5,018 bases of DNA. Origin: a virus. Lineage: Duplodnaviria; Heunggongvirae; Uroviricota; Caudoviricetes. Position 1 is the first letter of the stretch. Each line of letters begins with the position of its first letter. The position numbers were made by a program, and so were the translations under genes. The stretch is from the IMG/VR virus record IMGVR_UViG_2563366829_000009, positions 1 through 5,018 of that record. One strand, written 5' to 3'. This document shows, piece after piece, positions 1-5,018 of this stretch. The notes below the pieces were generated by a model, which ran no database searches, was not told the origin of the DNA, and saw only the letters and a list, made by a program, of their open reading frames with translations.

Positions 1-202
1 CGATAAAGCGTGACTACATCAGTGTCATGCCCAAACCAGACGGGTTAACGGCAGCAAAGAACCTTGCAGAGGCGTTCGAGCATTATAACGAATGGCATCC
101 GCATAGTGCACTGGGTTATCGCTCGCCACGGGAATATCTACGGCAGCAAGCCAGTAATGGGTTAAGTGATAACAGGTGTCTGGAAATATAGGGGCAAATC
201 CA
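1..202 (+). mobile_element. IS2-like insertion sequence, right end (partial; element continues beyond window start)
   Basis: Frame-3 translation of 3-191 gives a DDE-transposase C-terminus (...[36 protein letters not shown]) that I recognise as IS2 OrfB. The sequence after the stop (GGGGCAAATCCA, ending at 202) matches my memory of the IS2 right terminus. The minus-strand reading frame of the neighbouring gene changes character exactly at 202/203. The target-site duplication cannot be checked because the left end is outside the window. Confidence 0.78.
3..191 (+). CDS. insD: IS2-family transposase OrfB (InsD-like), C-terminal 62 codons, 5'-partial
   Basis: Open frame from the window edge to TAG at 189-191. 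The translation [62 protein letters not shown] is a typical IS3-family/IS2 transposase C-terminal tail. Confidence 0.75.
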   Translation: MKRDYISVMPKPDGLTAAKNLAEAFEHYNEWHPHSALGYRSPREYLRQQASNGLSDNRCLEI

Positions 203-433
203 GCCGATAAGAATTGATGCTGCTGGTTTGTAAAAGAGAAGGCCGCAAAGAAAGCTGAGCATCGACAGGAGCACCCGGCGACGGATGGGGTACTCTACTG
301 CAGAGGTAACAAAAATTACCACCCCAGCCAAAGCCCCTAAAGCAACCTCCGGAGGGACACCTGCAATAACTGCAGCAAGAGAACCAAAACTAAGCAACTG
401 ATTTAATTGCTCATTTGTTACTTGAGCAGACAT
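203..433 (-). pseudogene. Small hydrophobic membrane protein gene (holin-like or lysogenic-conversion-like), N-terminal 77 codons native, truncated and fused into IS2
   Basis: ATG at 433-431 is preceded by AGGAGA (rc of 438-443) at 5-nt spacing. Residues 1-77 (MSAQVTNEQLNQLLSFGSLAAVIAGVPPEVALGALAGVVIFVTSAVEYPIRRRVLLSMLSFLCGLLFYKPAASILIG) contain two or three hydrophobic helices. Codon 78 onward (WICPYISRH..., down to 116) lies inside the IS2 terminus, so the 105-aa ORF in the track is a fusion artefact. The original C-terminus is lost or displaced. Confidence 0.55.
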
Positions 434-714
434 ACTTTCTCCTGTTTACTATCTATAAGCCAGTCAATTATTGATGACTAAACCCGCATAGCAAACCATA
501 TATGAATCATTATTGTTCCATATCATATATCTCAATAAAAGTACTAATGATTTTACAGAACGAGCCAGCAGAGTGGGGGCAGTTGTACAGGAACCATAGA
601 CTTAATTTTGTATTTAATAATGCTATGGTGTAATAAACCTGAACATGTATTTAAAATACGTACTGATTCATGATAGAATTCAAAGATAACTTTTCACCAA
701 CTCCGTTTTTGATA

Positions 715-741
715 CCCGCAATATTTTGCGGGCTTTTTTTT
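715..741 (+). terminator. Intrinsic terminator-like hairpin (CCCGCAA-TATT-TTGCGGG) followed by a T8 run, oriented for plus-strand transcription; may act bidirectionally
   Basis: 7-bp GC-rich stem 715-721/726-732 with a 4-nt loop, then T734-T741. The T-run overlaps the tailspike stop codon (rc of 740-742 = TAA). On the minus strand the hairpin is followed only by UAUCAAAAAC, so termination of the tailspike transcript here would be weak. Confidence 0.55.
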
Positions 742-3700
742 AACGTTCTTCCAGAGACTGAACCCGCTCTTTTATCTTATCCATTTCTCTGCGCTGCCAT
801 GCTGCCTCGATATAGAATAAGAGATCAGGTCTGACCCCCCATCTAGATCCTGCTGGCGTTATTTCAACGCGCTCAATGATGTCTTCTATTACCATCACTG
901 GATTATCATCATCATCAACAATGATGCTCCCGTCATTATCAGTCAGCGGCATTTCCCTTTGGCCAGTAATGACGTCATCATATACTGCGGGATAATCGTC
1001 ATAGCAAAGAAAGGCATAGCGGCATGTTGTGCTTTCTTCTTCCATGAGTCCGTGAGAAATAAGAACATCACGAAGTTGCTGCGCGATTACACCATGATGT
1101 ATCCTCGCCCCTTCTTCCCCCTTTATAGCGACAGCGTTCAGCCATTTATAAGCGATATACCTGACGTCACCCCAGGCATCCAGCAATGCTTCGTCAGGAG
1201 AGACCGGCTCTGTCTTTAATGTTCCGTCACTGGTAACCACAGGATTGGAGCCAAGATAAACTGTCGAGAACCTGTTTCCCGGACCACCAAGAGCATTTAC
1301 ATTATCAAGATAAGGTTTAACATCTCCGTTCTCAAAAAGATGTTCGAGTGCGTTATATACCGCGCGACGTGGAGTACTGCTTCCGGAACCATGCAACGTT
1401 ATCATTGCACCATCTGCTGAAGACGTTGTTTCACCGCCGCTAACGATTAATCTCTGAGCGGTAACATCATCAGACGGTACTTTCTTCGCAATAATGGCGT
1501 AATTACCCTCAAGTTTGACTTCCGCGCGAACTTGTCCTGATGTACCTGCATGGACAGTCAGTGACTGGACGGCAACATCATCTGTGAAATCAACGGGTAC
1601 AGGAACCGTCCTCACGCCTGACGTCGACATAAAAGTAGGAAGCGTTCTGTTAGGAGTGGCTCCGTAGACAAAATCCCTTGAAACAAATTCTTCCTGTTTA
1701 ATTTTCACCCTGAAACAATACAAATCAGCCGGGTGACCATCGTGAACATAAGGATATTTTCTGTTGTTATCCCCTATGCTCCATGGGTTTAGAAAGTCTT
1801 CCCCACCGAAAATGTAGTACAGCCAGTTGTCTTTGATACAAACTGAACCAACACCAACCGCAGAGTTAACTATTCCGCCCTGATAAATCTGATCAGTAAC
1901 ATTAACCCACTCTACATTATCCAGACTCCACTCATTGACGTTAACTCTGGTCATAAATGTTCTTGGATAATTTCCTGCATAACGGTTATCAGGTTCTCCT
2001 CCTTCCCACTCACCAAATGCGCGCTCACTGCCAAAAATAATCAGCTCATCGCCAACTTTGGCAAAAGGAAGGTTTGAGTGATGAACATTATTTGGGAAGC
2101 GAAGAGAATTCCATGATGTACCTAAATCAGAGCTTCTGTGCAATGAACTACCGGGTTGAGTACTTAATGTCCCCCTGGTCGTCAGATACAGAATGCCATC
2201 ATAATATTTTACACATGGCTCAGATGCATTCGCCTCATATTCTACAGGTATGCGTCTGCGAACAAAGCTACCAGGAGAACCGAAAGCATCAGAGAAATAG
2301 AGTATCCCAAGCTCGCGTGGACCAATATCACCATTATGGTAGCCAACAGCAAAACTGTTATCGCTAATCGTCGCAAAACTGTGAATCTCAGTAACAGGAG
2401 TGCTTCCGTCAACAAAAGAAGGAATAGTTCCAAGACTGGTTTTTCTCCATGGTGACGAGTGAAATGATGTGCCAAAACTCCAGTATCTACCCTCGTTATT
2501 CTGATCCACATCCTGGGTATTTTGCGTCGTAACTGTAAAGGTATTTTTATCAATAACAGTAGTCACCGTCATATTCCCGGTAACACCTGTAACACCAGAG
2601 TTTGAGAAGTTGACAAAATCACCAGCAAATAATCCGTGATCAGTAATGCGAATATAAGCGACTTGCTGATTTGCTGCTTTCGTTATACCACCATAAACGC
2701 GAAGGCTGCGACTCATTGGGCGATCCCACAACTCTGCAACCTGCAGTTTATTTCCTCTCACGGTCCGCGTCTCAATTACAGCAAAAAGGCGATTTCTGAC
2801 AACCCCCATACTCATGCAGTGATAGTTAACTGTGGGATAGTTTTCATGTAAATCTGTAAGCCATTCCGGCGTTGTCCAGGTCTTCCCGTCATCTCCTGAG
2901 CGAACCCATGCAACATGGAGGTTATTTACACCATGGCGGTCTCCAGCCATAAAAGGCGCATAGATGACATTGTCATATACAAACGTTTTATCCTGCGTCC
3001 AGGCGTTGTACCACGGTGTATCTGTAATTTTAAATAACTCTCCCTGGATAAAATCTTCAGAAGCATAAAAAAGAGGCTGGCCCGGTATTCTCTCAAATAA
3101 AAAACGAGCATTTTTAAATCGACTGACATCCGGAAGAGTTGATACTTTAAAAGTAAGCCCTAATCCGTCAATTTTATAACCTGGAGATGAGGCTTCAAGG
3201 CACGCGCTTATTGCAGTGGAATCGTCATTTATACCATCACCAACAGCTCCAAAATCTTTGGGGCTAATAGCATCACGCATTTTATCCTGGAACGTTCGGT
3301 ACACAGCCCCAGAACCATACTGAATAAACCAACCAAAACCACCAACAACTCCGGCGATTGCAGCATCGACATAATTACGCATTGAGCGATTATTTACAGC
3401 GTCCTGCTCAAATGATGGATCTGCAAGGTTAGAAATTTTGTTTTGCTTTGCATCGTAATATTTTGCAAGCAAAGATGGTTTCATCAATGCACGTCTGAAC
3501 CACCCAAAACATTGCTGGATCAGCATCGTCAGGTAGTCAAAGGCATCTTCATGCACTTCGGGGAAAAATTTTCCCTGATTGCGAAGGTCTGTGTCCTGCA
3601 CTACATCAAGCACACGATCTATCGTAATTCGCCATCCAGTAGCAAGCGGAGACGGAAGAACCACAGAACCGCCACTATAAGTGCCCGCCCCAGTTACCGT

Positions 3701-3859
3701 ATAACCGGTATCCAGGACCAATTCTGTTACGTTCCCGTTCAGGTCAGACACCTGAACAACCAGGTCTGATTTTCTGAAAATTCGAAAAGTATACGGAAAC
3801 GATGTCGTAACGCCGTTACCGGTGTATTCGTTGTGGTCAACTTCGGTTGAGACCGTCAT
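740..3859 (-). CDS. Phage tailspike protein, endosialidase-like (endo-N-acetylneuraminidase family candidate) with conserved N-terminal virion-anchor domain and C-terminal intramolecular chaperone domain
   Basis: Intact 1039-codon ORF. ATG at 3859-3857 with GGAGA (rc of 3866-3870) 7 nt upstream. N-terminus MTVSTEVDHNEYTGNGVTTSFPYTFRIF is a conserved tailspike particle-binding module, recalled as epsilon15-like. Two Asp-box (S-x-D-x-G-x-T/S-W) motifs: SGDDGKTW (aa 321-328, nt 2876-2899) and SSDLGTSW (aa 576-583, nt 2111-2134). The blocks VNYHCMSMGV, ITKAANQ and KYYDGILYLTTRGT resemble endosialidases of K1 coliphages as I recall them. C-terminal 162 aa carry the Ser-Lys dyad spacing (S877...K882) and ARIHHGVIAQQ typical of self-cleaving chaperone domains. 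Confidence 0.8.
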   Translation of the reverse strand: MTVSTEVDHNEYTGNGVTTSFPYTFRIFRKSDLVVQVSDLNGNVTELVLDTGYTVTGAGTYSGGSVVLPSPLATGWRITIDRVLDVVQDTDLRNQGKFFPEVHEDAFDYLTMLIQQCFGWFRRALMKPSLLAKYYDAKQNKISNLADPSFEQDAVNNRSMRNYVDAAIAGVVGGFGWFIQYGSGAVYRTFQDKMRDAISPKDFGAVGDGINDDSTAISACLEASSPGYKIDGLGLTFKVSTLPDVSRFKNARFLFERIPGQPLFYASEDFIQGELFKITDTPWYNAWTQDKTFVYDNVIYAPFMAGDRHGVNNLHVAWVRSGDDGKTWTTPEWLTDLHENYPTVNYHCMSMGVVRNRLFAVIETRTVRGNKLQVAELWDRPMSRSLRVYGGITKAANQQVAYIRITDHGLFAGDFVNFSNSGVTGVTGNMTVTTVIDKNTFTVTTQNTQDVDQNNEGRYWSFGTSFHSSPWRKTSLGTIPSFVDGSTPVTEIHSFATISDNSFAVGYHNGDIGPRELGILYFSDAFGSPGSFVRRRIPVEYEANASEPCVKYYDGILYLTTRGTLSTQPGSSLHRSSDLGTSWNSLRFPNNVHHSNLPFAKVGDELIIFGSERAFGEWEGGEPDNRYAGNYPRTFMTRVNVNEWSLDNVEWVNVTDQIYQGGIVNSAVGVGSVCIKDNWLYYIFGGEDFLNPWSIGDNNRKYPYVHDGHPADLYCFRVKIKQEEFVSRDFVYGATPNRTLPTFMSTSGVRTVPVPVDFTDDVAVQSLTVHAGTSGQVRAEVKLEGNYAIIAKKVPSDDVTAQRLIVSGGETTSSADGAMITLHGSGSSTPRRAVYNALEHLFENGDVKPYLDNVNALGGPGNRFSTVYLGSNPVVTSDGTLKTEPVSPDEALLDAWGDVRYIAYKWLNAVAIKGEEGARIHHGVIAQQLRDVLISHGLMEEESTTCRYAFLCYDDYPAVYDDVITGQREMPLTDNDGSIIVDDDDNPVMVIEDIIERVEITPAGSRWGVRPDLLFYIEAAWQRREMDKIKERVQSLEER
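743..1231 (-). other. C-terminal intramolecular chaperone / autoproteolytic domain (peptidase S74-like) of the tailspike; predicted self-cleavage between Ser877 and Asp878
   Basis: Sequence ...GSNPVVTS|DGTLKTEP... with Ser877 (codon 1229-1231) and Lys882 (codon 1214-1216) five residues apart, followed by DAWGDVRYIAYKWLNAVAIKGEEGARIHHGVIAQQLRDV. This matches the established Ser/Lys dyad architecture of the C-terminal chaperone domains of endosialidases and related tail fibres. Confidence 0.65.
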
Positions 3860-4054
3860 GTTAAATCTCCAGATAGTCGCAGCACCCGTTGCGCCGCATA
3901 TCTGGTTATTCTATTACCTGAAAAACCATATATGGATAAAAAGACTATAAATACCAATAGATATTACCTTTCGGGTAATTTGCAAAACGTGCTGGATAGC
4001 AAACAAATTATTTGTTACTGTATAAACATACAGTTATTGCATGGAGAAGATAAG
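3860..4054. promoter_or_regulatory. AT-rich divergent intergenic region between the tailspike gene (minus) and the small ORF (plus); contains a palindrome and candidate promoter elements
   Basis: 195 bp between two divergent start codons, each with a good RBS. Contains palindrome ATTACC-TTTCG-GGTAAT (3963-3979) immediately followed by the self-complementary hexamer TTGCAA (3980-3985), and TATAAA at 4021-4026 preceded by TG at 4019-4020. No hexamer pair with canonical 17-bp spacing was found, so the promoter assignment is tentative. Confidence 0.4.
3963..3979. repeat. Palindrome ATTACC-N5-GGTAAT (candidate operator or small hairpin), copy A
   Basis: Perfect 6-bp arms with a 5-nt spacer. The same half-site recurs at 3914-3919, 4321-4326 (within an inverted GGTAATTGCAAA motif) and as TTTACC-N5-GGTAAA at 4343-4359. 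Confidence 0.45.
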
Positions 4055-4312
4055 ATGCAGCAGTATCACTATCCACTGGAAGACGGATTTACCGAAAGGA
4101 TTCACACGCCGGGAGGCGTCAGGTCACTGGTGGAGGGATCGCACTTGATGAAATTACTCCGGGATCTCGATAAGGATGGATTTAATGTCGATGGCCCACT
4201 TGCCGAACTGACTGCACTGATTAACTACGTCACCAGCTCACAGATGTCTATGCAGGATCTGCAAACACATCTCGACTATTGTGCCGAACAATTACGAAAA
4301 CAAACCAGATAA
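4055..4312 (+). CDS. Hypothetical small acidic protein (85 aa), function unknown
   Basis: ATG at 4055 preceded by GGAG (4043-4046) at 8-nt spacing; stop TAA at 4310-4312. The ORF track start at 3932 adds 41 low-complexity codons from the AT-rich promoter region with no RBS, so the shorter start is preferred. Product MQQYHYPLEDGFTERIHTPGGVRSLVEGSHLMKLLRDLDKDGFNVDGPLAELTALINYVTSSQMSMQDLQTHLDYCAEQLRKQTR has about 14 D/E against 8 K/R and no hydrophobic segment; I do not recognise a family. Confidence 0.5.
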   Translation: MQQYHYPLEDGFTERIHTPGGVRSLVEGSHLMKLLRDLDKDGFNVDGPLAELTALINYVTSSQMSMQDLQTHLDYCAEQLRKQTR

Positions 4313-4330
4313 GGTTTGCAATTACCAAAT

Positions 4331-4374
4331 GGAGTGCTTATATTTACCTTTGCGGTAAATTTACATCGCACTCC
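4331..4374. repeat. Nested inverted repeat: GGAGTGC (4331-4337) / GCACTCC (4368-4374) enclosing palindrome TTTACC-TTTGC-GGTAAA (4343-4359), copy C of the ATTACC/GGTAAT-type motif
   Basis: Read directly from the sequence; lies 19-60 nt downstream of the small-ORF stop codon. Confidence 0.45.
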
Positions 4375-4385
4375 TCTTGTGCCAT

Positions 4386-4437
4386 AGTAATCGGGCACTG
4401 GCAAAATCCAGTGCCGGGATTGGTCTCCCGGATTACT
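4386..4437 (+). other. Compound stem-loop / imperfect long palindrome (candidate structured RNA element or protein-binding site)
   Basis: AGTAATC (4386-4392) pairs with GATTACT (4431-4437). Inside it is a perfect 8-bp hairpin GGCACTGG-CAAAAT-CCAGTGCC (4394-4415) and a second short hairpin GGGA-TTGGTC-TCCC (4416-4429). Confidence 0.35.
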
Positions 4438-4452
4438 ACAGAGGCACATATG

Positions 4453-4471
4453 CCGCATAAGCGGTTTTTTT
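4453..4471 (+). terminator. Weak intrinsic-terminator candidate (CCGC-ATAA-GCGG followed by T7) downstream of the small ORF
   Basis: 4-bp GC stem 4453-4456/4461-4464 followed by T4465-T4471. The stem is short, so confidence is low; it may act together with the upstream compound hairpin. Confidence 0.3.
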
Positions 4472-4566
4472 ATGTGTAAAGCGCACCTATTCTATGGTGG
4501 GCTGTGTGGGGGCACCGAAAGGTGCGCCGGGTTCCTTTGTAGCCGGTAAGACCAACTCTGCACAGT

Positions 4567-4599
4567 TCACCACCATCTGATTGGTCTCAGCGGTGGTGA
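4567..4599. repeat. Inverted repeat TCACCACC-N17-GGTGGTGA upstream of the antirepressor start (candidate operator)
   Basis: 8-bp perfect arms at 4567-4574 and 4592-4599. A second overlapping inverted repeat AGACCAA (4549-4555) / TTGGTCT (4581-4587) is also present. Located 27-60 nt upstream of ATG 4626. Confidence 0.4.
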
Positions 4600-4625
4600 T
4601 TAACCTAACTACAAAGGTGATCGCT

Positions 4626-4793
4626 ATGAATACCAAACCTTCCATCTTTTCCTTTGAGTCATCCTGCCAGATCCGTATGTTCATGATTGACGGAGAACCT
4701 TGGTTTGTCACCAAAGATGTGTGCAATGCTTTGAATATTGATGTTACACAAGCGAGAAAACTTGATAAAAAAGGCTGGAACAAAAAGGGGCTG
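4626..4793 (+). pseudogene. Bro-N-domain phage antirepressor-like gene, N-terminal 56 codons only; truncated by IS3-family insertion
   Basis: ATG 4626 preceded by AAGGTG (4614-4619) at 6-nt spacing. Translation MNTKPSIFSFESSCQIRMFMIDGEPWFVTKDVCNALNIDVTQARKLDKK... fits the Bro-N / antirepressor N-terminal pattern (F-x-F...IR...DGEPWF-x-x-KDV...L). The frame runs straight into the IS terminus TGAACCGCCCC at 4794, whose first three bases supply the stop codon. Confidence 0.6.
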
Positions 4794-5018
4794 TGAACCG
4801 CCCCGGGTTTCCTGGAGAGTGTTTTATCTGTGAACTCAGGCTGCCAGATCATCGTTTCCGATGGAAGCATAATAAGCTTTTTCTGCTTCTGCCGGAGGAG
4901 TATGGCCCAGCCTTTCCAGCAATCGTCGATTGTTATACCAGTCCACCCACGTGAGTGTGGCCAGTTCCACTTCTGCACGGTTTTTCCAGCTCTTACGGTG
5001 TATTACCTCCGCTTTGTA
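4794..5018 (-). mobile_element. IS3-family insertion sequence (IS629/IS3411-like), terminal inverted repeat and 3' end of transposase; element continues beyond window end
   Basis: Terminus TGAACCGCCCCGGGTTTCCTGGAGAG at 4794 is a characteristic IS3-family end (TG...CA). The minus-strand frame 5018-4836 encodes a DDE-transposase C-terminus. The target-site duplication cannot be checked within the window. Confidence 0.75.
4836..5018 (-). CDS. IS3-family transposase OrfB, C-terminal 60 codons, 5'-partial
   Basis: Reverse-complement translation YKAEVIHRKSWKNRAEVELATLTWVDWYNNRRLLERLGHTPPAEAEKAYYASIGNDDLAA* is in frame with the window edge; stop TGA is rc of 4836-4838. It is absent from the ORF track only because it has no in-window start codon. 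Confidence 0.8.
   Translation of the reverse strand, partial: YKAEVIHRKSWKNRAEVELATLTWVDWYNNRRLLERLGHTPPAEAEKAYYASIGNDDLAA

Noticed and set aside
116-202. C-terminal 28 residues of the 105-aa minus-strand ORF ([28 protein letters not shown])
   Set aside because: These codons are the reverse strand of the IS2 terminus and transposase 3' end. They are a read-through artefact, not part of the native membrane protein.
959-3769. Six internal ORFs from the track overlapping the tailspike gene (plus: 959-1219, 2074-2367, 2636-2851, 3443-3769; minus, other frames: 2242-2553, 2926-3129)
   Set aside because: All lie entirely within the 1039-codon tailspike ORF, which has strong motif support. They have no convincing RBS and low-complexity or odd composition, typical of shadow frames.
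3932-4054. Extended start of the small ORF at 3932 (126-aa version)
   Set aside because: The extra 41 codons are AT-rich low-complexity sequence overlapping the palindromes of the divergent promoter region. There is no RBS before 3932, whereas ATG 4055 has GGAG at ideal spacing.
4386-4437. Possible tRNA or tRNA fragment (prophage attachment-site remnant)
   Set aside because: The cloverleaf-like nested stems lack a T-arm GTTCGA-type motif and the arm lengths do not fit a tRNA. It is retained only as a generic structured element.
4276-4479. Overlapping ORFs 4276-4458 (minus, 60 aa) and 4279-4479 (plus, 66 aa)
   Set aside because: Both span the inverted-repeat and hairpin region and are Cys-rich with odd composition. 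I saw no RBS, and they are more plausibly noncoding structured DNA or RNA.
3860-4625. CRISPR array, retron ncRNA or type III toxin-antitoxin repeats
   Set aside because: The repeats are short half-site palindromes with irregular spacing, not regularly spaced 28-37 bp direct repeats. No reverse transcriptase or endoribonuclease gene is adjacent.
4487-4978. 163-aa minus-strand ORF
   Set aside because: It crosses the IS3-family boundary at 4794, is antisense to the well-supported Bro-N fragment and the promoter leader, and is in a different frame from the real transposase reading frame (4836-5018).

Overview
Degraded prophage segment bracketed by two different insertion sequences. Left edge (1-202): right end of an IS2-like element with the 3' end of its transposase. 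Right edge (4794-5018): end of an IS3-family (IS629-like) element with the 3' end of its OrfB transposase on the minus strand. Both IS insertions truncate a flanking gene: a small membrane-protein gene (203-433, minus) and a Bro-N-type antirepressor gene (4626-4793, plus). Between them lies one large intact gene (740-3859, minus; 1039 aa) that I read as a phage tailspike with an endosialidase-like catalytic region (two Asp-boxes) and a C-terminal self-cleaving chaperone domain (Ser877/Lys882 dyad). Divergent from it is a small intact ORF (4055-4312, plus; 85 aa) of unknown function, bracketed by repeated ATTACC/GGTAAT palindromic motifs and followed by a compound stem-loop region. No rRNA, tRNA or CRISPR array is visible. 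All family assignments are from motif recognition by eye, not from database searches, and no recognisable defence or other multi-gene system is present; the most novel candidates are the small ORF and its repeat-rich flanks.
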